A stretch of 63,700 nt of DNA, counting the filler, from Trichosphaerium sp. ATCC 40318 (taxonomy: Eukaryota; Protista; Tubulinea), in NCBI GenBank assembly GCA_038496445.1. It is 3 parts of 3 records of this genome, joined end to end, with 100 filler letters (N's around TTAATTAATTAA, not from the genome) between each part and the next. Parts side by side here need not be neighbours in the genome. Positions count along the whole stretch, not along the records: positions 24,690 to 50,290 come from JALMLS010000610.1; 2 more parts are not named here. The stretch is one strand, 5' to 3'. The notes below the pieces were generated by a model that was not told the origin of the DNA, made no database searches, and worked only from the letters and a program-made list of their open reading frames with translations. The first letter of the stretch is position 1. Every line of letters begins with the position of its first letter. The position numbers were made by a program, and so were the translations under genes. Below are positions 38,551 through 50,390 of the stretch, one piece after another.

Positions 38551-41500
38551 TTATTGTTGGGATTTTTTTGAAGTTCTTCGCCTCTTTTGCGGTGGCTCTT
38601 CACTAGACTTGGGTGGATCTTTGTCAACGTCCATAAAATCCTCTGCGTCTTCTTCCGAGGTGCGTTTACGTTTCAGAGACCTCGTTAGCAAGAATTGTTG
38701 TCCCAGGTCAAATTCCCCACCAGCTTGCTCCAAATAGCGGCGTTGCACTATGTCACATGAGTACTTTGCACATTTGGACAAACACAACTGCAACAAAAAA
38801 AAAAAAAAAAAAAACTGTCGTACGTTTCTGTAGCATGGGCAAATACTCTTTGGGAAAACACATCATAGCCATTGCCATTTCTACATTTTGTTGGGTTTTA
38901 GAGTCCTTGAACGATACCAGACCATCATGGACATAGGGTACCATAGCTTTATCAACATCTAGTTTTTGTATTGGTAAACTCAACATTGCACTGGTCAAAG
39001 GCCCAGTAATAGGCGTTGTAACAGCTGTTCCATGTGCAGCTGATTGTACATCTTCTTCTTGTTGCTGTTGCACGTCCTTCTGATGAGTATCTGGTGTCTC
39101 AGCTTGTATCTGTTGGGTTGGTTTTTGTGTGGTAGGCAAACCGGGCGTTGTAGGAGCTGTTCCGTGTGCAGCTGATTGTACATCTTCTTCTTGTTGCTGT
39201 TGCACGTCCTTCTGATGAGTATCTGGTGTCTCAGCTTGTATCTGTTGGGTTGGTTTTTGTGTGGTAGGCAAACCTGACATTGTAGGAGCTGTTCCGTGTG
39301 CAGCTGATTGTACATCTTCTTCTTGTTGCACGTTACCCTGAGCAAGATTTATCTCTATGGTCGGTTCTTGCGAAGCCGTTAAATCAGGCGTTGTAGGAGC
39401 TGCACCATGTGCAGCTGATTGTACATCTTCTTCTTGTTGTTGCACGCTATCCTGAGCATCTGTATCAAGATTTATCTCTCGGGTTGGTTCTCGTGAAACT
39501 GTTGTAGCAGCTGGTGAAGATGGCACATTTGTTGTCCTACGATGTTGTTCTGGATTTTGAGCTCTGTCTTCATCTTGTTCTTTTTGTTGGTTTTCTTGTG
39601 TTGGAGCAGGTGCATTTGTAGGAGTGGTAGCATTGTTACCTTTAGTGGTGGCAGCGGCAATGGCTTGAGCAGCGGCACGAGCTTCAGCAGCAGCAGCAGC
39701 GACACGAGCTTCGGCAGCGGCAATGGCTTGAGCAGCGGCACGAGCTTCAGCAGCGGCAGCAGCAGCAGCACGGCGAGAATTGACATCTGTTGGTGGAGGA
39801 TCAGCAGCGGCATCTGGTTGAGGGTTGGGCTCATGTGGTGGAAGATTAGTAGTGGCATCTGGTTGAGGGTTGGGTTCATGAGGAGGATTAGCAGTGGCAT
39901 CTGGTTGAGGGTTGGGTTCATGAGGAGGATTAGCAGTGGCATCTGGTTGAGGGTTGGGTTCATGAGGAGGATTAGCAGTGGCATCTGGTTGAGGGTTGGG
40001 TTCATGAGGAGGATTAGCAGCGGCATCTGGTTGAGGATTGGGTTCATGTGGTGGACCATGTGCATCACGCTGACGACGAAGACGATGACGATGATTAGGA
40101 GGGGGTTGGTTATTGTCGATAATAGTGAAACGAAAGTCAGGATTGCTCAGCCTAAAACGTGCAAGAGCAGCATTGAATGAAGCATTCATATGCCGAGTAT
40201 CACGAGACCCATCAGGCATAATCCGTTGCTTGTGAATAACATCTAGATCATCAGCCATCATATGTTTCTCATCGCTATCAGGTGTACTATAGTCCTCTGA
40301 ACTGTCGGAACTGTCGTCACTGCCTCCCTCGATGATAGGTGGGTCAACATAGCCTGAAGGCATGTCTCCATCCCACTGTGGGTATTCATCAATGTGTTTT
40401 GTTGACTCTACCATCCTTTTAATGGTGGCTGCCATCGTTTTTGATGTGGGGAGTTTATCACGGTATCGTTCTCTTCTTCGTTTCCCAAAAAAATCAACTA
40501 CAAAAAAAAAAAAGAGAGTTAGTTACAAAGTTTCAAACAGTATTTTGTGGTGACGTACGCATATTATTCTTGCCTCCCAAAGGATAAAATACATGATCTA
40601 CAAAGCGAGCTACACTCACTAGGCTTACATTAGTGAAACTAGCCTCAAATCTTCCACTCCATATGCCCGTTGCAAACAACAAGTCCAAATTAAAGCTTGC
40701 AGCATCTCGATACGCCCGTGAGCGAATTATTTCCATGCCTTGGTACGTCTCACCCAAACGAAACTCTTCCATAATGTTGTGTATCTGCGTGTACAGTTAG
40801 GCCAAAAGAGAAAGATCGGTTTTGGGTTTGTTTAATCTACGTACATTGTCCAGTATGTGGTCACAACAGATAAATTTTCGTACAACAGCCCCTGCGTTTG
40901 ACTTAACACGTCCTTGTCTAATTGCAAGCAACAGCTATAACCTTTATGAGTCCAACAAAGGGTGCAAAGGTTAAATAGAAACATACTTGGCTTGCAGCAA
41001 TTGTGTTGTGACAGAACACTCTATTGGCAAATATCTTGTAGGGAAAGCCTGCCACCTTTACACCGTTTTCGAAAAGCTAAAAGAATGTCAGTCAATGTCA
41101 ATGAACGTCCATAACGTACAATGTCCAACTTTGCTTCATGCTCTTTAAACAAGGTGAGGTTTTGTATCACAAAAAAACACGATTTCATAAACAGCTTTAT
41201 TCCCTGTGGTTTAAAGATCTTGGATGCCTGTGAAATACACACAACATGTTTCTTTAGCTATAAACATTTAAAAGACTAAAAATACCTAGAGTGAAACACT
41301 GTACATACCTCGTGCCAGCGTTTATCATCAAGCAGATATTTTGGCTTCCAGTCTCTCCAACGTGGACGTGGTACTGTTTTGCCTTCTGCTTGTTGCTCTT
41401 TGGTGTAGTCTGCATGTAACCTTCTGAACTTCTTCCACAGCCTTTGTACCTTAATGCTGTATGTGTAGGGAACTACACACAAATTAGCTTTGTATAAAAG

Positions 41501-43005
41501 GGCAGCTCTTGTTAGTTCACCATACCGACTTGTTGCTGTATGTCGTTATCGTGTATAATCTTGTCTAGCGCATTATGGTAGCCAGTGTACGGATTCAAGA
41601 AGGTGATGTTTTTCAGTACCACACCGTACGCTTTGCATTTAAGGCTAATACATCTTGTTTAGTAGGTATTTGAGAAGAAGGCTACGCACGCAAAGTCAGC
41701 CAAACAGCAGTGTGCCCCATCTCCCAGTATGAGTGCGTCTGTACCTTTAACTTTCACCCACATTGCAGTATACGCTTTGTCAATGAACGTGGAGTCTAAT
41801 AAGCAAGTGAGTGTACACACTAATTGCAACAAAAGAACGTACCTGAATTACGAACAAAATTAACTTTCTGCAGAAAGTTTTTCAACGTGTAGTCTCTCAC
41901 AGACAAAAAGCCAACCACATCAAAGAGATACCAAATCATATGCCGCATATATCTTTTGAGTTTTGGGGTTCTTGTTTTGTGTAAGGCGTAGTAATCGTCT
42001 TTTTTCAACTCTTCAAAGCTTAATAAAGATGTTAGAACTAATTTTTATCTTTCAAATTAAAAACAATATGTTGTACGCCGGTATAATGGCCTTGTAATTC
42101 TGTAATGATTCCAATATCAGAGACATTTTATAATACTTTGTGGCAGCATATTGGTGTACAGGAGGAGTCAGTTGTTTGAGACAAAAGGCTCTAGCCAAGC
42201 GCCCTTTTTCAGCCAATATTCTGTATGTAAAAAACTTGGTGGTGCGCTCGTGAATGAAGGTCTCTGTCAAAACAGAAAGTTCGTCGTCCTTAACACGTTT
42301 CAAATTGATAACCTTGAACCAGTCGCGGTTGGGGTCTTGCAAAATGGTCAATGCATCGCTAAGAGTGGTTTGTTCCTAACATTAAATTAAAAACAATAGC
42401 AATCAAAAAAATGTAGTGTAGAAATGAGAAATATTACTTATGTACGTACTGCTGTGCCAGCGTCATGGCCACGTAGCTCTTCCTGTACCTCTTCTGTCAA
42501 ACGGTTACGTAATATTTCTTTTATCTCCACTGGGTCGCGCAATTTGCCGTATGCACCGTGCTGTGTAAGTTTTAGCTCTCTAAAGGTGAGTTAACGTTAA
42601 AAATACAAAATCGAGGTTTTCAAAGGGCCAAGTTATACAAAACAACCACGTACTTGTAGAGCAAGTTTGTTTCTCCCTTCTTTGTTATCAAACTGTTCAA
42701 GTTTTCTGCATTCCAATGATTTAGCGTGTCCCCAGCCACAAACCTGCGTATGCGATAGTGGGTTTCCAAACAAGCTAATACAGGTAAAATACGTTAGTTT
42801 GTTAAAAAAAATAGACAAAACTAGACAACAGTGCAGTTTTTACGCCTGGCACGTTGTAAAAAGTTATAAAGTAGTGAAAAACTGACGCACGTGCGTTGCT
42901 GTCTATAATCCTCTCCTTATCTTGTTTGTACCAACTTGCTTCCAATGCAAGCCTACTAGCAAAGCACGGTACATCCATAGCATCTAGATTAACAACCGTT
43001 GACAT
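38551..43005 (-). CDS. Large multi-exon orphan protein with a C-terminal Pro/Gln/Ala/Thr repeat region
   Basis: Exons checked splice in frame (e.g. KLDI|LFENGVKVAG, KNNML|DFFGKRRRERYRDKLPTSKTMAATIKR) into ORF 38753-40435, which has six PHEPNPQPDA(T/A)A(N/D)P-type repeats and QQEEDVQSAAHGTAPT repeats; a basic NLS-like stretch lies at 38551-38700 in another frame. Confidence 0.65.
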
Positions 43006-44221
43006 ATACCTCTTTATTTTTGAGTTAAGTCACCCTAGCACTCAGTACAAGAAGCAAAATTCCACATTTACCATTTCCTACCAATAAAAGCGCTTACATG
43101 TACCTTTAGCGCTGAAACCGAAAAAAGTGCTCACGTGAATTCACTTCAGTGAATACTAGCCTCGAAAACCGAACTTTTGCTAGCAGCGCTGAATCTTTCT
43201 CAGGTACTTTGTTTTAGTCTTACGAACGTTTTTTAACCAGGTATACCATTCATAGAAAGTTAAAACGGTTACCATGCCCTAAACACACTGCTTCCGTGCA
43301 AAAACGGTGTGAACATGTGGAGACAAAAATTTTTGCACACAGGGAAGCCACTTCGCTTTGTATTAAGTGAAAGCTTACCCAACACACCCAACGTGCCATA
43401 CAGCGTACGCCTGTGTCGTTACCTCAAACTTTGCATTTGTTGATGGCACGTGGAAAATGTTTTTCACTGAACAGGTTTCTGGCTGGAGACGTGTTCAGTG
43501 AAACTGATATTGTGAAACTTGTGCTGCACAAAATTGCATGGTTGATGAGCGTGGCGCTACAAAACTGTTTTTGTTGTAACGCCACGCTCACCAACCATGT
43601 TTTATTTTGTTTTTCAAGCTCATAAAGCTTGGTCAACAATATTAAGCACTACGTTGGACCTTAAAGCAACTATGAAGTGTGGTGAGCATGATTTACAAGC
43701 AATTACAGCTTGTACCGCATATTTGCGGCGAAATGCGAAAAAACAGGTACAAACAAAGCTGAAACATCACGCAATGAGATGAAATCAACGCAAAGTGGTG
43801 AACCGGTACGTTGTAGCGCAATCCATCTTTTGTTGTCACTTGTGGTGGCAGTTTTGTACGTAACTAACCTTAGAATAGGCGCAGAAGCGCAAGGAGCAAC
43901 AAACGGTACGTACTTTGTGCTAACAAGCAAATTTGTTTTTTTTTTGCTGATCTGCATTCGTTTGCATTGTATCCATCCTCTAATCACTAAATAGAAGCGT
44001 TTGCGATCATTGTGTTTAAGTTGATACCATCTTAACACAAACTTCATTACAAACACGGAGAACGCAACCACACACACCTTGGGGAGCTTAATCGAACAAG
44101 TACGTTGTTTTTGAGCGCGCGAGGGCGCAAATAGCGTATTGCAGCTCTAAACGCTCAACTTTAGCTAGAAAAAAGTGCTGTGACCTCGTCTTTGCATATT
44201 CCGACGAGTTTGCGTTTAAAG

Positions 44222-47101
44222 ATGGCTGAAAACCCACCTGTACGATCAACGCGTTAGAAACCATCTCCTATTCATTCTTAACTCTTTTTTAGGCATGCAA
44301 ACGCCAAATGGGACTACAAAACTGTACGTAATTCTCTTTTCCGTTTTTATCGCTTTTACGGCGTCTACAACTCTAAAAAAAAGCAACAGCGCGAAAAAAA
44401 CCAACGGTTAGTTTTTTATTTTGTGTTCGAAACAAACTGTACACCATTTCTTCTACTTTTTCATTTCAGCGCCTTCTTGGCCGTTTTCAACGCCTTTTTC
44501 ATCAAATTTACACACAATAGGCTAAAAACGCTTATTTCTGTTTTAGATTTTACAGGCGTGAGTTTAATCGCTACACAAGACCCTGTAATCAACAGCGCCA
44601 ACTCAATCGCAGAAAAAGATGCTTTGCTGTTGCCCATGGACATTGTACGATTAGAGGGCTTCATAACGTCCAGAGATGTCCTGTCCCCTGAAGAAAAACA
44701 GTAATACCTTTGCTACTGCCTTCACTCACTTGTTTAGGTTAATTGGCCCTTTTCATGGCAGTTCAGACCTAGTACTAGCTCACGAAGGTTCAAAGTTGTA
44801 CGTACAGAGTTTTATTTTCCTTCTTCTTTTCTTGTTTACATGCGTTATTACAATTACACATTTCTGCTGTGCTTGCAGCTGTAGTTAGCGTGACATTGAT
44901 TATCTCTCTGTTGCACGTTGCCTCACTGATTATTCTTTGGGGTTGAATCTACGCTGTGTTGCTTGTAATGGCTTGAGTGTTTTGTTTTCTCTCTTTTCTG
45001 CTTTTGAATTGCCTTTTGGATGTCACCCAACTACATTGAGCAGGACATTGATCATCTCTGTCCTGTGTTGTGCCCATTGATCATCCTCTGGGACTGAACG
45101 TGTTCGTCTGTGGTGGCGTTGCATTGGATAATTCAATTCATTTTTCATTTCTCTTTTTTTTTTATCCTCCTTTCTTGCAACTACCCTTTGAGCGTCGCCC
45201 AAACAACTCTGAGCAAGACACTGATCATCTCTGTCCTGTGTTGTGCCCATTGATCATCCTCTGGGACTGAACGTGTTCGTTGTGGTGCCGTTGTAGAGTA
45301 TTTTTCAAGTTGGCAACATCATTTCTTGTTTTATTTTGCGTTTTTCTTCTATTGTATTTCACCTACCGCTTTCTTATTTACTTTATAGTCCTCTGCAACA
45401 ATTTAAAGACCAATTGGAAGCTATAAACCCCTCATCACCGACCTCACTGTTGAAAGCCATAAGCGACGTGTTTGATATGTTTGATGACACACGAGATATG
45501 CCTTTGGAAAGTGCAGTAATAGAAGAGTTGATGATACCGATGAAAGCAGAGCAAAAACAGTTAATACACCAAACATTGGTACGGTAGATGTATCTCCTGT
45601 AGCCACGGTGCTTATTGTTTGAGGTAGAGCCAACATTTGGACTTTTTATATGCCAATTACAACGCTTGCTACTACTCTCCTAGCCAACGTAAGCGCATGT
45701 TGGCGGCCTGTTTTCTTTTTTATCGGTATTGTTTCGATTTCTAAAGTGAATAGATAGATACTTACTGTATTTTTAGCTTGTTGTATAAACCTGGCCTGAC
45801 ATCTAGACACAGAAGAAGTAGAAAAGTGAGAGAGAAAAAGAAGCAGCTTGCAGCTTGGGTACTGACAAACAGTGCATTCTATTCTTTATTAGGACTTTTT
45901 GTGATAACACTACGCTTTAGAGCCATTTCCAAGCGGTGTATTTTTTACGTGTCAACTGCAGTTTGTGCAACGATTCCGCCAAAACGGTTCCCTTTGGCAA
46001 CAAGGTGGCCGATAGCGTCTTTTTTAACAACCACTATCCCATATGCACTTACGGTTATGGCGATGAGGACAGTTACAGGCAAGCACCACGCCATTCGTCA
46101 AACAGATGCTTACTTTTGGTAGCAAGTCCAAGTTGAAGATAATCACCGTTGGTTACAATGGCTCTCTAAGAGATAATCGCCTCAAAGGTGATTTAAAAAA
46201 GTTGCACAAAGGTTACGTGGACGACTCTAATGGCATCTCACTGGCAGCTGCTGCGGAGCTGAAGCGATTGGCCAACCACTACTTCGATGAGGTACTAAAG
46301 AGATGCTGCAACACAACGCGTATACTAACACCTGTTACAAGCCATCACCGCCAAGTATGTATGGAAGGGAAAAACCCAAAAGGTACAGCACTTTGGGTCA
46401 CTCCTATTACCGCCTTTACACCTTGGGTTTGGATCTGCTGAATTGCAGTTATGACACTGAGAAGGAAAACAGAGCGTTACACTTGGATTTGCTGTGTGCA
46501 TACGCTACCAATCCTCACTGGGGCAAGGTCTCGGACGCTTGGAAGATGAGCGACAAATCCACGAAAGCCTGCAAAGCATTTCTTCAGAACAAAGGTGTGC
46601 TTGCTTTTCTTTTTTTTTTTGTTTTGTTTTATTTACCATTTCAATCACCAACCCCTCTTCAAGGAGCAAGAGAGTACCTGGCGCAGAGATTTCACCCATT
46701 GGCAGTCAACAGGTTACGTCAATTGAACCCTCACGTAATGTTCACTGGCCTTCATGAACAATGGCTTAAATTATTGCCAGGCACTCCTGTCTACAAATGG
46801 AAGCATTTGATCATGGTACTTGCACATTTTTGTGGCTTTAAACTGCGTGTATACCCAAAAAACTCATTCCATTTAGATCCAAAAAGAAGTGAAATCTATA
46901 CAAGTGCTTTGTACAGTGTTGCGCTGGCCCGTGCTTAGCGATCCCAACCAAAAGAAACAACACCACTGCATAGTGTTCAACATAGCGCCTTGTCAACAAC
47001 CTTTTGGATGCATGAAGTACGAGCAAATACCTTTTCTAGTGCGAACATACTACAAGCCAGAGATTGAAAAGTTTTTAAAAGAGTACAACTATACTAAATA
47101 A
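44222..47101 (+). CDS. Multi-exon hypothetical gene or genes, unknown function
   Basis: Series of protein-like exons bounded by GT/AG (MAENPP; DPVINSANSIAEKD; CSLCND; GHSYYRLYTLGLDLL; ...KEYNYTK*); exact structure unresolved. Confidence 0.45.
44892..45297 (+). repeat. Three copies of an ~85-bp Cys-containing exon-like unit
   Basis: GACA(T/C)TGATCATCTCTGTCCTGTGTTGTGCCCATTGATCATCC... at about 45043 and 45217; diverged copy at about 44892. Confidence 0.75.
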
Positions 47102-47507
47102 ATACATTTCCCCAAAAAAAGTGCTACTTTAGTTTTTTTAGCCTACAAAAGCTGCATAAGAGACGATCTATGACTTGAACACATTTATTTACTACAGGTG
47201 ACTATTTTACAGAGGCTACACCACGACACACAACTATTATGGAGCGTACGTATAACGATCAGCAAAAAAATTAACGGTTTTTTTTAAAATTATTTTCAAA
47301 AAACGATAAAACGCAATAATACCGTTTCGTACCGTATTAGCGCTACAAACCTTCTTTTTACCTTTTAAAATTATTAGTTTTTTGCCCCTTTTTTCTAAAA
47401 ACATGTTTTTCTTTTCATTGTCCTGTTAAAAAGTGCACTTACTGGTGTTTACCTACAAGAGCGTGCTTAAGAGTCGTATGTACATACTAACAACTTCTCC
47501 TTGTAGG

Positions 47508-48740
47508 TGATCCCCCACCAAATGTAAATTTCTCAAATCCTGGATCTTTGAGACTCGTCTTCAAAGTAATAGATGGTCATGTTACTGTATCCTTAGTAAA
47601 ACACAACATGGCACAATTTTCCTATAGCGAATCTGGTATAGACGATTCACAAATGGACATAGATGACCCTGGCTCAGACTCAGACTCAGACTTTCGCTCA
47701 GACTCAGACTCAGACTCAGACTTTCGCTCAGACTCAGACTCAGACTTTCACTTTGACTCTGACTCAGACTCAGACTCAGAATCAGACTCAGACTCTGACT
47801 CAGACTCAGACTCAGACTTTCACTTTGACTCTGACTCAGACTCTGACTCTGACTCTGATTCTGACCGTGACTCTGACTCTGACTACGTACCGTCAGGTTC
47901 TACAACTTCGGACTATAGCCAACTTCATGGAGATGACTCCGACTCTGATGACACACCGTCAAGTTTTACAACGGTTTCGCCTATGTCTACAGCTACACCA
48001 AGTACTACGTACGTTTGGTAAGACAGAACACTGTTCTTACTTTCTTGTCAGCACAGAAGATGCCAGCACAGAAGATATACAAGAACACCTGCGGAAAAAA
48101 TTTGCAAATGCTCCAGAAGCGTACATCAAAGTTGACCCAGTGTTCCCTGGGTTTTATGAATTAATAGCTCATCTAACAAACGCTACCCCTACACCTACAC
48201 CTATAACAGATACTGCGCACGTTTGGTAAGACAGAACAATGTTCTTACTTTCTTGTAGTGGATCTGACAGTGCAGAAGATTCAGATGAACAGCAACTTTC
48301 AAATGCTCCAGAAGCCTACATCCAAGTTGATTCTGACTCTGACGCCAATAAGACACCCTCAGGTGCTACAACGGTTTCACCACCTAGACAAAACACTACG
48401 CACGTTTGGTAAAACGGAACAATGTTCTCATTTTCTTGTAGTGGATCTGACGACGCTTCAAGCTTTGAAATTACAATTCTTCACTCAGGTGACGAAGCAG
48501 AACCAATGCAGGGACAAGACCATAGCCCTGACATTCAGTCACAGGAGGAGGAGGAGGAAGAAAAAGTAGTTGACTTCTCTGTATTTTTATATTCACAATC
48601 AGAATAGAAGAAAAAAAAAAAAGCTACACAACAATAAACTTTTTTTTAAAAATTAATTAGCTTTACTTTTTATTGGCATAGATTTACACTTATCACATTG
48701 ACCAACAGGTGAAGCTACCACAATCTATCACTCACTTTAA
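47508..48740 (+). CDS. Acidic Ser-Asp repeat protein, multi-exon
   Basis: (GACTCA/GACTCT)n encoding SDSDSD at about 47675-47885; triplicated exon-intron units at 48005, 48213 and 48397. Confidence 0.55.
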
Positions 48741-49684
48741 GCCCTATCATCTTCCTCCCAACACCTCTTACTCTTCCGTGCGCCTTTCTCGTACTCGTCC
48801 TGCCTCTTTAAACGCCCACTTTCATACCACTCGGTGTACTTGCCATGTGGTCTACCGTAAGCGTACGCACACTGTGAAACCAGGTTGCCACCCTCATAAC
48901 AAAATGACCATCCATGTCGCTTGTTGTACCGGTACTGTTTTATATATCGCAGCGTTTGGTCGTTGTTCCACTTTGTGACCAATCCGTGTTTGCAATCGGT
49001 AGAATGTTGCACAGACCTTGCACCTATTTTATTGATACAACCGTAGCATTTGGGTGAAATGGCATTTTCTAGCAAACTGGAGATCATCTTTCTGTTCATT
49101 GGGTGTGGAACAACAACTTCGCTATCTGTTGGACGATTGTATATCAGCTCTTCGCGCCCACCAAGATGGTTGAACAGGTGCAAAACCTTCACATACATCT
49201 TACCACCATCTACACAGATTTTGTACGCGCAAGTGACTTCTTGTGACTTTATCTCATACATCTCTAGTTCAATGAGATAGCTGGTATCGTTCATTGTTTC
49301 TGTTGGATACGTTACTCGGAAAGCGCTCAGCATTCGCCCTTTGTAGTAACTCACAGCCAGGTCCACACGCTTGAATCCATCGTAAGTTATACAATCTCCA
49401 TGCATTTGCCCATTTACAAAGTTGAATAGCCTACTCTCAGATCTCCACATGCCGTGCTTATTCCAGTTTTCGTCAAAGCGTAAAAAGGAAAGCTGGCTAT
49501 CCAAAAGCGGCCACACTTCGTTCACTTTCAAGTCCAATTCCATTATCATCATCTTTAATTCTGTTGGCAAAGTCAGCAGTGTTCGAGCCTACAAAAGACG
49601 AAAAAACAAGGTAAGGATTCATAGCAAGCCAAAATCTCTCCATCTCACCTTGGTGTTGCCGCTAAACCTCTTTTTAGCTGCCAT
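48737..49684 (-). CDS. F-box-like + MORN-variant repeat protein, 2 exons
   Basis: Exon 1 MAAKKRFSGNTK (49684-49649), intron 49648-49589 (GTGAG..TAG), in frame to ARTLLTLPTELKMMIMELDLKVNEVWPLL (similar to the 450-980 N-terminus); KHGLVTKW, RHGWSFCY and PHGKYTEWYESGRLK repeats. Confidence 0.75.
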
Positions 49685-50008
49685 CTGTGATGTTCAGTGT
49701 TATAGATGGGTGTTTATTAATTATAAACAATTGCTGCAACTAAGAATGATGTAATTCTTACATAGTTTTTTTGTAGATTTTCTGGATTGTACATTGGAGT
49801 TTTATAGGAAAAGCCACGTGATAGTATGTTTTTTTTTTTCCTTTTAAGTCAACACTAATTCACCACAGTGTAGTTTTATTAACATATAATCGATCGATTC
49901 TTGCGCTAGAAGGCTTCAGGTATGTAGTACTGGTATCTCCCTTCTTTTCTTTTACCTTTGCGCTTAATACCAGTAAATTAGACTTATATGTCGTTCTTTA
50001 GTTACATT

Positions 50009-50290
50009 ATGAGCAAAAAAGTATATCCCACAAGGCTGTGCCCCATGTGCCACAAAGAATTTTCAACACACAACTTTTCAGCACACTTGCATACAAAAAG
50101 TCACCAGGCAAACGTTTTGGCGAAGCTGTGGGAAGTGCGCTCATCCAATAGAGAGCCACCGAACAAAAAAGCACGCACCAGCGATGATGTTGCTTACGAT
50201 GAAGTGCTACATGCCAGTGAACAAGTTCAACAACAACAATTGATGCAAAATACCACAGAACCAGAACCTCAACCAGAACCTCAACCAGAA
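50009..50290 (+). CDS. C2H2 zinc-finger protein, N-terminal part (cut by contig end)
   Basis: CPMCHKEFSTHNFSAHLHTKSH, NLS-like PPNKKAR, then EPQP repeats running into the gap. Confidence 0.6.
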
Positions 50291-50390
50291 NNNNNNNNNN
50301 NNNNNNNNNNNNNNNNNNNNNNNNNNNNNNNNNNTTAATTAATTAANNNNNNNNNNNNNNNNNNNNNNNNNNNNNNNNNNNNNNNNNNNN
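50291..50390. other. Artificial contig spacer
   Basis: 44 N + TTAATTAATTAA + 44 N. Confidence 0.97.

Larger units (their letters stand above)
35607..50290. mobile_element. Candidate large cargo-carrying DNA element (one end only)
   Basis: Abrupt junction inside an intact Gypsy pol, then a hairpin and a repeat array, then only orphan or accessory genes; the other end and a transposase are not seen. Confidence 0.4.

Noticed and set aside
47663-48229. TQ/TL-repeat ORF
   Set aside because: Alternate frame of the Ser-Asp repeat; the SD frame matches the acidic flanking sequence.
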